This document shows positions 44,401 to 55,489 of a stretch of DNA of 64,000 nucleotides, one piece after another (within the stretch, counting starts at the first letter, position 1; each line of letters begins with the position of its first letter). The stretch is from an uncultured cyanobacterium (GTDB lineage Bacteria; Cyanobacteriota; Cyanobacteriia; Cyanobacteriales; Nostocaceae). The notes beneath the pieces are model-generated. The model was given only the letters and a program-made list of their open reading frames with translations. It had not been told where the DNA came from and searched no databases. Both the position numbers and the translations under genes were made by a program. The DNA is taken from NCBI GenBank assembly GCA_963706595.1, contig OY970166.1:1952001-2016000 (forward strand), read 5' to 3'.

Positions 44401-44590
44401 GGTTAAGGGTGATTAAGGCTGTACGCAGTTTAGGAAGTAACACTACCTCATCCCTGGTTATTCTGCCTAATGTGCCATTTGTACCTAGTTCTTCATCGTA
44501 GCAGTTGGCAGTATTCCAGCCTAATTCTGATAATAGCTTAATGGTAGCGTTTTCTAAGGCTTGTTCTGAGTCAGGGTGAGGATAGCGCAT
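41414..44590 (-). CDS. hsdR: Type I restriction endonuclease subunit R
   Basis: D...NGLPLVFIELK nuclease motif, HTQGSGKS, DEAHR, FTGTP, QTIARANR. Confidence 0.95.
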   Translation of the reverse strand: MRYPHPDSEQALENATIKLLSELGWNTANCYDEELGTNGTLGRITRDEVVLLPKLRTALITLNPDLPAEALELATEELTRSRNTLSLENANREIYQLLKTGVKVNFKDANDEEQVETVKVIEWENPTHNHFFLASQFWVTGEIYTRRADLIGFVNGLPLVFIELKANHKRLELAYKNNLQDYKQTIPQLFWYNALIILSNGSKSRIGSLTASWEHYSEWKKINSEGEEGIISLDTIIRGTCEQTKLLDLIENFIFFYTAKGSLVKIVAKNHQLLGVNSAIEGVKNIQDNQGKLGVFWHTQGSGKSYSMVFFSQKILRKLIGNWTFLIITDREDLDDQIYKNFAYTGVVTEPEKEVRAKNAEHLKQLLKEDHRYIFTLIQKFRIEKDQEYPKLSDRKDIIVIADEAHRSQYDTFALNMRKALPNAAFIGFTGTPLMAGEERTRDVFGEYVSIYNFRQSIEDNATVPLFYENRIPELQLTNDDLNEDIYRIIDNTVIDEEEENILERQCAREYQIITRNDRLEVIAADIVTHFLNRGYKGKAMVISIDRFTTVKMYNKVQNFWQQHLIKLKTELATSTLSEFEQKKLFKQIRYMEETDMAVIVSQSQGEIEAFQKKQLDITPHRQRIAKESPALDEKFKDNENPLRIVFVCAMWITGFDVPSCSTIYLDKPMYNHTLMQTIARANRVFQNKNNGLIVDYIGVFRDLQTALSIYGSASGGGIQEGDTPVKNKSALVGQLREAITEALVFCQDKGIDFTQLENTQDAFLRTKFWDEAVEAILVNDDSKRNYFSIVNNVTKLYKAILPDIAASEFTKTQALLTRLADKLRSEVSHTDISEVVEQVEELLDDSIKAGQFIISNNPSQLVNLNNLDFEALQAQFNTGYQRTTAEKLKGNINSKVQKMVQLNRTRINYLEKFQKLIDEYNAGSRNVEWFFNELINFAQELKQEDKRAIANKLTEEELAIFDLLTKPEIKLAKEEELEVKQVARELLETLKREKLVLDWRKRQQTRAGVEVTIKDILDKLPPSYSAEVYEKKCFEVYQHIYENYSEGEISIYQIFHD

Positions 44591-44660
44591 AGGTACTGGT
44601 GTATATACACAAGATGGTGTCTATATTAACTATGCACTATGAGGTTAGGAAGTGGCTAGG

Positions 44661-45962
44661 TTAAGCAGCAATGTCTAGGGTGTCAATGTCTAGGTTTTCT
44701 ACGTCTATTTCTCCTGAGATGAGTTTGGGTAGGAGTAGGTCACGGGTTTTTTGGAGATTTTGATTTTTTTGCTGCAATACATCTGTTGCTTTAAGGAATT
44801 GTTCTAGTTTGTATGCAGCATCAATTTGTAGTTGAATTGGAGGAATAATAATAGGTACTTTTCTTAATTCAGTTTGTCTAATACCTAAAACAGTTGTACC
44901 GCTTTGACGAGCAATAATCTCTCCTTGAATTAAGGGTGAGCTAAGTGCAAAATACAATATCTCAGGTTTAATTAATTGAGGATTAGCTCTAATACTATAT
45001 AGCCTTTGACTTAAACAAAATTTATGTTCTCTTACTAAAAAGTGTAATTCTCCTAATGGAGCTTCTGAAGTCATTAATATATCACCTTGCCTTAATTCTG
45101 ACTTCATCCATTTTTTATATAAATCTTCACTAACAAACTTAGATTTTTCTAAATTAATAAGTTTGCCAGCTTTAACATTAAGAGCAGAAATGGCTATTAT
45201 ACCTGACTCTGACCAAATTCCACCTAGTTTATTGGGTGTTTTTCCTCTATAATCAATTATATCTATAACGATATCTCCTAACTTTCTAACCTCCCAACCT
45301 TCAGGAATTAAACCTAACTCTGACTCAACCATTTTTACCTTTTCATGACCAGGAAAGCGGAATTTTAAAAACCACTCATGGTAGAGAGTTTGCGCCATTT
45401 CTTCTAATATTTTGATGCGTCTTGTGTTGTTTTCAATTAGGTCATCATAAGCTGAGAGAATGGAGGCTATTTTATTTTGGGTAGCAATTGGAGGTAAGGG
45501 AACTTCTAAGTTAGAAAGTATACCTTGGTTTAAATTAGAAATATTTGTTCCATTTCCCTGTGCAGACAAAGTTTGTCGCATTAAAGATGAACGAAATAAA
45601 TAAGCATAAAACCTTGGGACTACTTTTTTTGATTTAAACCTAAGCTTTATTGTAAAGGCAGAATGTGCTACCTGCTCCTTAATATCAGCAATAAATAGGC
45701 TTCTACCAATTAATGCTCTGTTGCCATTTGACCTCACAAAAATAATGTCATTTTTTTGAAGTAGGTCTTGTTCTTTAATTATTCCTGTAGGCTCAACTTC
45801 ATCCAAGCTATTAAATGAAGCAATACTGCCGTCTTTAAAATCTTTAACGTTGATAACTTTAATGCCCTTACCGAAATTATCTTTTGTATAGTTAATTCCA
45901 TTTCTAAATTCTGCAATACTTCCTAAATTTACACTTTCCCAAACGACACTTTTATTTCTCAT
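44661..45962 (-). CDS. hsdS: Type I R-M specificity subunit S
   Basis: Two TRDs separated by PP...[17 protein letters not shown]...[20 protein letters not shown]. Confidence 0.93.
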   Translation of the reverse strand: MRNKSVVWESVNLGSIAEFRNGINYTKDNFGKGIKVINVKDFKDGSIASFNSLDEVEPTGIIKEQDLLQKNDIIFVRSNGNRALIGRSLFIADIKEQVAHSAFTIKLRFKSKKVVPRFYAYLFRSSLMRQTLSAQGNGTNISNLNQGILSNLEVPLPPIATQNKIASILSAYDDLIENNTRRIKILEEMAQTLYHEWFLKFRFPGHEKVKMVESELGLIPEGWEVRKLGDIVIDIIDYRGKTPNKLGGIWSESGIIAISALNVKAGKLINLEKSKFVSEDLYKKWMKSELRQGDILMTSEAPLGELHFLVREHKFCLSQRLYSIRANPQLIKPEILYFALSSPLIQGEIIARQSGTTVLGIRQTELRKVPIIIPPIQLQIDAAYKLEQFLKATDVLQQKNQNLQKTRDLLLPKLISGEIDVENLDIDTLDIAA

Positions 45963-47527
45963 AGTATTTTCTCCAATAAAAAAGCTACATTCTCAGAAAT
46001 TCTTTCTTCTAACTCTCTAGCTTCCACATTCAAAACTTCCAACTCCTCATTTAACTCCTCCAACCTTTCCACAAAATCAAAATCTTCCACTTCCTTCTCA
46101 GCAACTCCTACATAACGACCAGGGTTTAAACTCCAACCTTGTGCTTCAATCTCATTAACACTTGCTACCTTACACAAACCAGCAACATGAATATATTTAC
46201 CTTCTGGGAATTTTTCCTTTAAAATACTTTCACTATCATGATGATTTTCTACCGCTTCCCCTCTATATAACCTGACAATATTAGCGATAAATTCAATCTG
46301 TTCTGGTGTAAATTCTCGATGCGCTCTATCTATCTGTGTAAAAATATGTCTAGCATCAATAAATAATACTTTATTCTTACGAATTGTATCTACTTTACCC
46401 TTATCAAAAAACCATAATGTACAAGGTAAAGTCACAGTGTAGAAGAAGTTAGAACCCACAGCAACCATGACATCTACTACACCTAACTGGATTAACTTCT
46501 TCCTAATTTCTAACTCTGAACCTCTAGCATCACTAGCAGAGTTAGCCATGACAAAACCTGCTCTACCTGTTTCATTTAAGGTACTGTAAAATAAGTGAAT
46601 CCAAATATAGTTAGCATTATCTACCTTGGGTAATCCTAACTCTTTTAATCGGATATCACCCTTCATTTTCTCTTTATCCACCTTATCAACGTTAAATGGT
46701 GGATTAGCCATCACAAAATCAAAGTAATCTATATCTATATTGGCGTGGTTAATCTCATAATAAGTATTACCCTGTTTAATGTCTCCTGAAAGTCCATGTA
46801 CTGCTAAGTTCATTTGACATAAATTAACAGTTTCCCCTACTTTCTCTTGACCATAAATACTGATTTCTTTACTAGGATTTTTTTGATGTCTTTCTATAAA
46901 CTTGGCACTTTGAACAAACATACCACCTGAACCACAAGCAGGGTCATATATTCGCCCGTGATATGGTTCTAGTATTTCCACAATTAATTTAACTATAGAA
47001 GTAGGTGTAAAAAACTCTCCCCCTTTTTGCCCTTCACTCATGGCAAACTTACCAAGGAAGTATTCGTAAATCTTACCGAAAGCATCCCCTTCTAAGTCAG
47101 CACCAAAATCAATCTTACTAAACTTTTTAAGTAGTTCTATTAATAACTCATTATCAAGGTGATTATAGTTTTTAGGTAAAGCACCTTCTAAATCTTTGTT
47201 TTCATCTTCTATCGCCTTCATTGCTTGGTTAATAGATTTACCAAAATTTGCACTTTCGGGTAAGTCTAGTAACTTAGAAAAACGTGCATCTTCAGGTAAG
47301 TACATTACACCTTTAGCCTGAAAATCTGTTTTAGAAATTTCTCTTCTACCGCTTCCCTTGCTTTTTAATTCCTTCTCAGCTTGGGTAAACTTCCAGTCAG
47401 CATAACGGAGAAAGATTAAACCTAATACTGGTACAGAATACTCTGATGATTTTAGTTTAGAATTTGCCCTTAGCTCATCAGCAGCATCCCATAAACGCTT
47501 TTCTAACTCTGTTGTGTTGGCAGGCAT
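45959..47527 (-). CDS. hsdM: Type I R-M adenine methyltransferase subunit M
   Basis: [27 protein letters not shown]; 4-bp overlap with hsdS. Confidence 0.95.
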   Translation of the reverse strand: MPANTTELEKRLWDAADELRANSKLKSSEYSVPVLGLIFLRYADWKFTQAEKELKSKGSGRREISKTDFQAKGVMYLPEDARFSKLLDLPESANFGKSINQAMKAIEDENKDLEGALPKNYNHLDNELLIELLKKFSKIDFGADLEGDAFGKIYEYFLGKFAMSEGQKGGEFFTPTSIVKLIVEILEPYHGRIYDPACGSGGMFVQSAKFIERHQKNPSKEISIYGQEKVGETVNLCQMNLAVHGLSGDIKQGNTYYEINHANIDIDYFDFVMANPPFNVDKVDKEKMKGDIRLKELGLPKVDNANYIWIHLFYSTLNETGRAGFVMANSASDARGSELEIRKKLIQLGVVDVMVAVGSNFFYTVTLPCTLWFFDKGKVDTIRKNKVLFIDARHIFTQIDRAHREFTPEQIEFIANIVRLYRGEAVENHHDSESILKEKFPEGKYIHVAGLCKVASVNEIEAQGWSLNPGRYVGVAEKEVEDFDFVERLEELNEELEVLNVEARELEERISENVAFLLEKIL

Positions 47528-48141
47528 AGCAGAACAGTTATAATAAAACCTTATGAATTATACGGCTATCTGTACCTGAAAATACCTAATTACACATAAT
47601 TGTTATATATTCTGGTGACATAATGTTAGGAGTCACGTTTGCTTTGGAGTCCCAAAAGAATTATTAATTTGGCTATAAAGGCTTAGGAGTCCCAATTAGT
47701 CAAATCCATTACGCTGGTATAGATTTAATTTGCATATTAACTACAGCTAAAACTGTTGTGGTATAGGTATGCTAACCGTCCTGATAAAGTTTATTAGCTT
47801 GGTATGTTAAGGATGGAGAAAAGTATATTAGGGTTGCAATAATAGGCAATGACAATTATGTGTAGTTTATATAATGCCTAATGTTAGCAGTTGTATCTGT
47901 TCAACAACCTGCGATAGAAAATAGACGGTTCATAGGCGCAAATAAGCCTAATATTTTGTCGGTTGTAGATTGAGACTGTTATTAGGCAGCTATTCTATTA
48001 ATTAACAGAATCTAGACAGATATGTATGAACTATAACAAGTTCTTATTCCTACCATCCGTCCTACTCATTATTGATACTTCTAGGGTATCTTAACTATTA
48101 GTTGAGAGAAAACTGAGAGAAAAACAAGGATGGATGGTAAG

Positions 48142-48213
48142 TGGGTGACCTGAGACTCGAACTCAGAACCAGCAGATTAAGAGTCTGATGCTCTACCATT
48201 GAGCTAGTCACCC
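48142..48213 (-). tRNA. tRNA-Lys (CTT)
   Basis: Reverse complement GGGTGACTAGCTCAATGGTAGAGCATCAGACT-CTT-AATCTGCTGGTTCTGAGTTCGAGTCTCAGGTCACCCA forms a cloverleaf. Confidence 0.93.
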
Positions 48214-48281
48214 GTAACAGAACTCTATCATCGCATATTTCTGTTGGATTTGCAAGCTAGGAACCAAAGAATATATGATCT

Positions 48282-48893
48282 TTAACCAATGGGATGATTT
48301 CCGGGATTTACAGCGTGAATTTGCTCACTACCCGATTGCGGTCTTCCTCGTTTGTAACGGGCTTCTTCTGGTTTACCCCATCCTAGTTGCAAAATCATTT
48401 CCAGAAAGTTAGAATTTTCCCATTTCCACAAACTTGCCCATTCGGTGGTTTGAGCAATTCTCTCTACATCAGGCTGGAGAATTTTTTGGTGTTGTTTATT
48501 GTTGTTAAAACTCAAGTACAAATCCATCCCCGCCGTGACTTCATCCCAAAATTCCAAGATGGTATTTTTCGTGGCTTGAATGATTTCTAAGTCTGTGCTA
48601 AGGGCAATTAATTCGGTATCGACTTCTGGATAATGTAAGGTTTTACCCTTGACTGTCATTTCTCTCCAGAGAATACCCGATACTTGATTTTCTCTTTGAT
48701 AATCGTGAATGGCAGCTTTAAAATCTTGATAAGCGGTGAACTTTTGCAGCCCATCAGTTTTGATAAACTGGTCAATTACAGGATTACCAGAAACTGTCAC
48801 CTCTAATTTTAGGCGTTTGCCCTTGAGACAGGCTTGGCGTTCATCTGCCAAAATTTGAATTAGCTCCTCGCTAGTATACACCTTTGACATCAC
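48282..48893 (-). CDS. Conserved hypothetical protein
   Basis: 203-aa ORF with no recognisable motif. Confidence 0.7.
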   Translation of the reverse strand: MMSKVYTSEELIQILADERQACLKGKRLKLEVTVSGNPVIDQFIKTDGLQKFTAYQDFKAAIHDYQRENQVSGILWREMTVKGKTLHYPEVDTELIALSTDLEIIQATKNTILEFWDEVTAGMDLYLSFNNNKQHQKILQPDVERIAQTTEWASLWKWENSNFLEMILQLGWGKPEEARYKRGRPQSGSEQIHAVNPGNHPIG

Positions 48894-49132
48894 AACACAC
48901 TCTAGTAATCATTAGTAATTAGTCATTAGTCATTTGCAGTGAACTATGGACTAGGGATTAACTTAACTGCTAACTTGTTATCAGATGGTAGATGTTTCAG
49001 GCAGATATCTCTACTCTAAAGGCGCACAGTGATCATATTCACTAATTTTCATATTATCGCTTTTTATCCAGAGAAATGCAGTATCAGAGGAAACTAAAAA
49101 TCAGGGCAGACCAATTTGGTCTACCCTCAAGG

Positions 49133-49723
49133 TTATTCGGCTAACTCACTACTAAATTCGTTGAATGAACGTCTCTGTAACGGTAAAGATTCGGTGCGTG
49201 GTAATAAATCAAACGCTGTCCGAAATTTATCGTCTATTTCTTCGTAAGCTACTTGACCAGTTTTATTTAAAACTACCTGACCTGATTTATCAAAGACTAC
49301 AACTTGAGGCACAGCCCCAGAATAATAGTATCCTGGTTCAGTGGGTTCATAAGTTTCTTTAAGAGGGATAGTATCCACATCTATGGGAATAATCTCTGCT
49401 GACCGACCGTAGAATTCCTGAACCTGTGAAATCGAAATAGCGTATTTTTTACAATCACTGCTGTCATCGACATAAAATGCCAAGAATACAGGCTTATGTT
49501 CTTCTAAAGCTTTTGCTAAACTCTGTCTGGGCGGAACCAGCGAACCATTGCCAGCATAAATCACGAAAATGTTACCATCGTACAGATCATCTTCAAGACC
49601 AGCAAGCGCAGGTTGTATATTTATCATCAATAGACAAGCAAGCAACAACAAGCATTGGGACAGCCTTTGTCGCCAGCCCGCAATTGTTTTATGTAAAAAA
49701 AGAAACTTTATGCTTTTCATCAA
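49133..49723 (-). CDS. Thioredoxin-fold thylakoid protein (photosystem I accumulation factor-like)
   Basis: Signal/TM segment, YDGNIF..YAGNGSLVP, FYVDDSSDCK, VPQ cis-Pro. Confidence 0.75.
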   Translation of the reverse strand: MMKSIKFLFLHKTIAGWRQRLSQCLLLLACLLMINIQPALAGLEDDLYDGNIFVIYAGNGSLVPPRQSLAKALEEHKPVFLAFYVDDSSDCKKYAISISQVQEFYGRSAEIIPIDVDTIPLKETYEPTEPGYYYSGAVPQVVVFDKSGQVVLNKTGQVAYEEIDDKFRTAFDLLPRTESLPLQRRSFNEFSSELAE

Positions 49724-49833
49724 ACGGAACCTTGCAAGCTATTAATTTTCATCAGTTTGTGCTGAATTTGTCAAACTGGGCTGGATATGTATTTACACTC
49801 AAGCACTATATTTTAAGATAACGCTTACAGGTA

Positions 49834-49924
49834 TGGGAATGGGGAATGGGGAATGGGGAATGGGGAGTGGGGAGTTACTTCGACTACGCTCAGTAACCGG
49901 GGGAATGGGGAGTGGGGAGTGGGT
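49834..49924. repeat. STRR heptamer array (GGGGAAT/GGGGAGT) interrupted by an SDR-like insert
   Basis: Tandem heptamers with ttacttcgactacgctcagtaacc at about 49875-49898. Confidence 0.8.
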
Positions 49925-49972
49925 AAATTAAAGATTATAAATTAGGAACCGCCAAAAGATTAAGGTACGGAT

Positions 49973-51310
49973 GTGGGAAATAAAATTCAACTTATAGATA
50001 GACTGCGACTCGGTTTCGCGGTGTCAGTGGCTAAAAGTGTGACATTTATAGTGCGATCGCTGCGTCTGGGTGCTGCTAGTGTATTACCAGGGTCAATTGC
50101 GCGTCGTATTGAACCCCGGCTGTTGGAATTATTGAGTCAGCAAGTTAAAAATGGCGTAATTCTGATTGCTGGTACTAATGGTAAAACTACCACAGCGCTG
50201 CTTTTATGTACAATCTTAGAACGCCAAGGTTATCGTATCGCCCATAATTCTACAGGCGCAAACCTGGAAAATGGCTTGATGACGGCGTTGATAGAAAATA
50301 CTACCTTGCTGGGGACGCTGAATGTTGATTACGCTATTCTGGAAGTAGATGAGAATATTGTACCCAGAGTTTTAAAGCCTCTCCAGCCCAGAATTATCCT
50401 TTGTTTAAATTTATTCCGCGACCAATTGGATAGATATGGGGAAGTAGACAGCATTAGTAAGCGCTGGACGAAGGTGATTTCTACTCTCCCATTGGAAACG
50501 GTAGTTATTCCCAATGCTGATGACCCGACTTTAAGTTATCTCGGTCAGCAGTTACCCCAAAAGGTATCATTCTTTGGGATGAATGAACCAGAACATTATT
50601 TGGAAGCTATTCCTCACGCTGTGGATTCGATTTATTGTCCTAGTTGTGGACACTCTCTCGATTATCAAGGTGTATATTTGTCCCATTTGGGAGATTTTAC
50701 TTGTCCCCAGTGTGGTTTTAGCAAAAGTAACCCGACTCTAGAAAGCAGCGAATGGTCACAAATTTTGGTGGGTTTATATAACAAATATAATACTTTAGCG
50801 GCTGTGACTGCGGCAAAAGAGTTAGGCGTTGATGAAGGGATAATTCGAGATGCGGTTAACAATTTTCAAGCTGCTTTCGGTCGGGCTGAAGATTTGGTAA
50901 TTAACAATAAACGGGTGCGGATTTTGTTATCAAAAAATCCGGTGGGGACAAATGAAACCATTCGCGTCGTCACTGAAAGCACTGATACAACTACACTGCT
51001 GGTTTTAAACGATCGCACGCCTGATGGTACTGATGTATCATGGATTTGGGACGTAGATACAGAGAAGTTAGTCCAACGGGGCGGAACTTTAGTGGTAAGT
51101 GGCGATCGCGTCTATGATTTGGCGTTACGTCTGCGGTATAGTGAAAATGCGGGTGAGAGTAAGCTTAATTTAATTGTAGAAGAAGATTTGCGTCAGGCGA
51201 TCGCAACTGCCTTAAAGCATACCCCAGAAAATGAAACTCTCCACATTCTCCCCACCTATTCAGCCATGTTAGAAGTGCGAGAAGTTCTCACTGGTAGGAA
51301 AATTCTTTAA
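49973..51310 (+). CDS. murT: Mur-ligase family protein, MurT-like (DUF1727)
   Basis: [24 protein letters not shown], two CxxC, KNP, DGTDVSWIWD. Confidence 0.85.
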   Translation: MGNKIQLIDRLRLGFAVSVAKSVTFIVRSLRLGAASVLPGSIARRIEPRLLELLSQQVKNGVILIAGTNGKTTTALLLCTILERQGYRIAHNSTGANLENGLMTALIENTTLLGTLNVDYAILEVDENIVPRVLKPLQPRIILCLNLFRDQLDRYGEVDSISKRWTKVISTLPLETVVIPNADDPTLSYLGQQLPQKVSFFGMNEPEHYLEAIPHAVDSIYCPSCGHSLDYQGVYLSHLGDFTCPQCGFSKSNPTLESSEWSQILVGLYNKYNTLAAVTAAKELGVDEGIIRDAVNNFQAAFGRAEDLVINNKRVRILLSKNPVGTNETIRVVTESTDTTTLLVLNDRTPDGTDVSWIWDVDTEKLVQRGGTLVVSGDRVYDLALRLRYSENAGESKLNLIVEEDLRQAIATALKHTPENETLHILPTYSAMLEVREVLTGRKIL

Positions 51311-51372
51311 AAGATATTGGGTTTATATTCTCCCCTCTCCTTAATAAGGAGAGGGGTTGGGGGTGAGGTTTC

Positions 51373-52152
51373 TTATACTAAATAACTCGTATTCGGAACT
51401 ATGGGAAAGAAAGCATATTCATACCAAGCAGTCCAAATAAAACTTCTGATCCAGCGTTGATATTTTTCAGGACTGATTTCATAGTTAAATTCTCCCTCAG
51501 ATATATCAATAGAAGATAAATGAGAATTACAACCGCAACCATGATGATAGGTAAAGCCGTATTTAGAAGCGATGCTTTGCACTTTCATTTGGATAGCAAA
51601 AACTTTTCCGGCGTGTAATATAGCATCCCAAGAACGCTTGTGTACTATATCTCGTTTATCAAAGCGTAAAGCCCGTTCTTCAAATACATGATCTCGGTAA
51701 ATTGGCGCTAAATGTACATGATAAAAACTAGCAGGTAATTCATAGCCAAACTCATTAAAAAGATCCATCCCAATGAGTGCTACCTTTACCTCATCTGCAT
51801 ATTCTCTTCCCTTTGATTCCACATCTCGAAGGATTTGGGCAAAATCTGGATAGCTATCAATTAAAAAATCATGTCCATAAAATTCTAAGGTTTCATAACC
51901 GAGTTGTCCAAATAGCTGAGAGAATGCCGATTTGAACTGAGCTAATTCTGGACGTTCATTAAATAAGTCTACATCACCCTGCGCCAGTTTATATTGGAAC
52001 AACTGCGCCATTTCTACATAACTTTGTGGGTGATGAATTCCTACATTTGCGACTCCTGCGGCTATATCTTGCCATATAGGAGGTAATTGAGCAATAGCAA
52101 CCGCATTTTCCGAAGCAATTACGGCAATATTAGGAGCTTCAATAACTTGCAT
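51373..52152 (-). CDS. Hypothetical protein with His/Cys-rich motifs
   Basis: 259-aa ORF with GGAG RBS; HVH and HHGCGCNSH. Confidence 0.7.
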   Translation of the reverse strand: MQVIEAPNIAVIASENAVAIAQLPPIWQDIAAGVANVGIHHPQSYVEMAQLFQYKLAQGDVDLFNERPELAQFKSAFSQLFGQLGYETLEFYGHDFLIDSYPDFAQILRDVESKGREYADEVKVALIGMDLFNEFGYELPASFYHVHLAPIYRDHVFEERALRFDKRDIVHKRSWDAILHAGKVFAIQMKVQSIASKYGFTYHHGCGCNSHLSSIDISEGEFNYEISPEKYQRWIRSFIWTAWYEYAFFPIVPNTSYLV

Positions 52153-52502
52153 AAATAATCTCCATTTAGACTTAAAATCAGCATTTAATTACAATACTTG
52201 TTTTGGAAAAATTTTAAAATTAATAAATATTACTAAAATAAATATTTTGGCGATTTTAATTGTGTAAATTAAATCCAGAATCAAATATCTACTTTGTCAG
52301 TATGGTGAATATATGACAAAAAAACTGTTACATAAAATACGAAATTTTCACATATAAGATATGCTGATTTCACACTTGCAGATGTTTGCACAGTATAATA
52401 CCTTAGCCAATGGTCGCTGAAATATTGCTCATCCAGTTCTAGATATACAACGGATAATTACGGTATATGTGGATAAAAATTATTAGTTATGAGTGAGGTT
52501 TT

Positions 52503-53321
52503 ATGAGTTCGGAAAATTTAGAATTAATCATTGGGTGGTTGTATCCCACTTTGATGAGTACTTATGGCGATCGCGGGAATGTAATTACTATCCAACGTCG
52601 CGCCCAGTGGCGGGGGTATAATGTCAAGGTGGTAGCACTGGATCAAAATGCCACGGCTGCTGATATTCAAGCTGTAGATATTATAGTGGGTGGTGGCGCA
52701 CAAGACCGTCAACAAGAAATTGTCATGCGTGATTTGCAAGGCGCGAAAGCTGATGCTATGCGTGATCAAATTGAAAATGGCACACCGGGAGTATTTACCT
52801 GTGGTTCCCCCCAACTGCTAGGAAAATATTATGAACCTGCTTTGGGACAACGGATTGAAGGTTTAGGTATCCTCGATTTAGTCTCTGTGCATCCTGGTGA
52901 AAATACTAAGCGCTGTATTGGTAACTTGGTAATTGAAGTTACAGCTTCTCGTCTGGCGCAGGAACTAGAAGAGATGACGGGGAGTAAACCTTATTTAGTC
53001 GGTTTTGAAAATCACGGTGGACGCACCAAGTTAGGTAAGGTAGAAGCCTTGGGGCGTGTAGTCTATGGTTTGGGTAATAATGGTGAAGATGGTACTGAGG
53101 GAGCATTTTATCAGAATGCGATCGCCACTTATTCCCACGGTCCGCTATTACCAAAAAATCCTTTCGTCGCTGACTGGTTAATTCAAACAGCGTTGCGGCT
53201 AAAGTATCAGCAAGCGATCGCTTTATCACCCTTAGATGATAGTCTAGCTTTACAAGCGCGATCGGCAATGTTAAAGCGGTTAAAAATCAGTTTACCAAAT
53301 CCCGCCATAGCCAAAGTTTAG
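52503..53321 (+). CDS. gatD: CobQ-like class I glutamine amidotransferase, GatD-like
   Basis: YGDRGN, GGGAQDRQQ, CGSPQLLG, GFENHGG, TYSHGPLLPKNP. Confidence 0.85.
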   Translation: MSSENLELIIGWLYPTLMSTYGDRGNVITIQRRAQWRGYNVKVVALDQNATAADIQAVDIIVGGGAQDRQQEIVMRDLQGAKADAMRDQIENGTPGVFTCGSPQLLGKYYEPALGQRIEGLGILDLVSVHPGENTKRCIGNLVIEVTASRLAQELEEMTGSKPYLVGFENHGGRTKLGKVEALGRVVYGLGNNGEDGTEGAFYQNAIATYSHGPLLPKNPFVADWLIQTALRLKYQQAIALSPLDDSLALQARSAMLKRLKISLPNPAIAKV

Positions 53322-53465
53322 CAATAGCTGGGGAGTGGGGAGTAGGGTAAAAACCTTTCGGTGTCTAACTTTTATGATCAGTTTATGTCCTAACCTCCTT
53401 GGCGGTTGCTATATCAATAAAAAACTCCCCTCCTCGCTTGCGGGGAGGGGTTGGGGGTGAGGTTC

Positions 53466-55256
53466 TTACCGTTTAGCGAACTTTTTGCTAACTTTCCGCA
53501 AACGAATCGAGTCAGGTGTAACTTCCACCAATTCATCAGGACCAATGTATTCCAAAGCCCGTTCTAAACTCATGTCTATTGGTGTTTGCAATTGTACCAA
53601 TTCCTCTCCACCAGAAGCACGGTGATTGGTTAACTGCTTCGTCTTACAGACATTCAATTCCAAATCTTGAGGACGATTATGTTCTCCGATAATCATGCCT
53701 TTATAGACTTTAGTACCTGGAGTGATAAAGAATGCGCCTCTATCTTCCGAGTTTTTCATGGCGTAGAAAGTCGAAACACCTTCTTCAAAAGCAATGAGAA
53801 CGCCTTTGTTCCGGGCTTCAATATCACCAGAGAGGGGACGATAATCATGGAAACTGTGGTTCATGATTCCTTCACCACGAGTCATCCGCATGAATTCACC
53901 CCGGAAACCAATCAAACCACGGGCGGGAATAATAAACTCTAATAGAGTGCGTCCATTCCCAATCACTTGCATATCTTGCATTTCGCCTTTGCGTTGTCCC
54001 AGGCGTTCAATACAACTACCAACACCGTCTTCGGGAGTATCCAACGCTAGGAGTTCAAAAGGTTCGCAAGGTTGACCGTTGATTTCGCGGTAAATTACTT
54101 GTGGTTGAGATACTTGGAACTCGAAACCTTCTCGGCGCATGGTTTCAATTAAGATACCCAAGTGCAATTCACCACGACCGCAAACTTGGAATTTATCGGG
54201 AGAGTCAGTTTCTTCGACTCGAAGGGCGACGTTAGTTTCTAATTCACGGAATAGGCGATCGCGTACTTGTCTTGATGTTACCAGTTTACCTTCCTGACCA
54301 GCAAAGGGTGAATCATTTACCCAGAAGGTCATTTGTAAAGTGGGTTCATCCACCTTAATTAGTGGTAAAGCTTGGGGTTCGTTGGGGTCAGTAATCGTTT
54401 CCCCAATATAAGCATCAGCGAAACCAGCCACAGCCACAATATATCCGGCGGTGGCTTCTTCCATATCCACCCGCTTCAGTCCTTCAAATCCCATCAATTT
54501 GGTAATTTTGGACTTGACAATTGTACCATTTTCTGTTACTAGAGCCGCTTGCTGTCCAGCCCGAATAGTACCGTTGTGGATTCTACCAATCACAATCCGT
54601 CCCAGATATTCAGAATAATCTAAGGTGGTGACTTGTAATTGCAGGGGCTTGTTGATGTCGCCCACAGGAGGTGGAACGTGTTGCAGAATCGCATTAAACA
54701 GGGGCTGCATATCTACCGATTCTGCTTCCAAGCTTTCCTTGGCGAAACCGGACATACCGGAAGCAAACAGGTAGGTAAAATCACACTGGTCTTCATCTGC
54801 GCCTAATTCGAGGAACAGATCCAAAACCTTATCAACAGCAACGTGCGGGTCAGTTTGGCCGCGATCAATTTTGTTGATCACAACGATGGGGCGCAGTCCT
54901 TTTTCCAGAGCTTTTTTCAAGACAAAGCGCGTCTGGGGCATAGGGCCTTCGTTAGCATCTACAATCAATAGACAACCATCAACCATTCCTAGTACCCGTT
55001 CAACTTCGCCGCCGAAGTCAGCGTGTCCAGGGGTATCAACAATATTGATCAGCGTTTCTTTGTAACGAACGGCTGTATTTTTCGAGAGAATTGTAATACC
55101 CCGCTCCCGTTCTAGGGTGTTGGAATCCATGACACAATCCGGAACGTCTTCACCTTCTCGGAAAATACCAGATTGTTTGAGGAGCGCATCAACCAGGGTA
55201 GTTTTGCCGTGGTCAACGTGGGCGATAATGGCGACGTTGCGAATTGGGAGCGTCAT
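53466..55256 (-). CDS. typA: Translational GTPase TypA/BipA
   Basis: [37 protein letters not shown]. Confidence 0.97.
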   Translation of the reverse strand: MTLPIRNVAIIAHVDHGKTTLVDALLKQSGIFREGEDVPDCVMDSNTLERERGITILSKNTAVRYKETLINIVDTPGHADFGGEVERVLGMVDGCLLIVDANEGPMPQTRFVLKKALEKGLRPIVVINKIDRGQTDPHVAVDKVLDLFLELGADEDQCDFTYLFASGMSGFAKESLEAESVDMQPLFNAILQHVPPPVGDINKPLQLQVTTLDYSEYLGRIVIGRIHNGTIRAGQQAALVTENGTIVKSKITKLMGFEGLKRVDMEEATAGYIVAVAGFADAYIGETITDPNEPQALPLIKVDEPTLQMTFWVNDSPFAGQEGKLVTSRQVRDRLFRELETNVALRVEETDSPDKFQVCGRGELHLGILIETMRREGFEFQVSQPQVIYREINGQPCEPFELLALDTPEDGVGSCIERLGQRKGEMQDMQVIGNGRTLLEFIIPARGLIGFRGEFMRMTRGEGIMNHSFHDYRPLSGDIEARNKGVLIAFEEGVSTFYAMKNSEDRGAFFITPGTKVYKGMIIGEHNRPQDLELNVCKTKQLTNHRASGGEELVQLQTPIDMSLERALEYIGPDELVEVTPDSIRLRKVSKKFAKR

Positions 55257-55489
55257 AGGAGCTTTTAGTGAACTCAAGAGGGGGTTTTCAGATTCAATTT
55301 TAAATGCTGAGTTGCTTTAACAGAATTGTTTATGATTAGCAATTTCTGTAAAGAACCTTTAACAATTCTAGCGTAATCTACACAATTCCGGGGGGTTTTC
55401 TTGAGGCTATCCCAGAATAAATATTTTTTTTGAGCATTTTTTCTATAAACGTGTCACAATTAACACCAATTTTGTAAATTTAGTGAATC

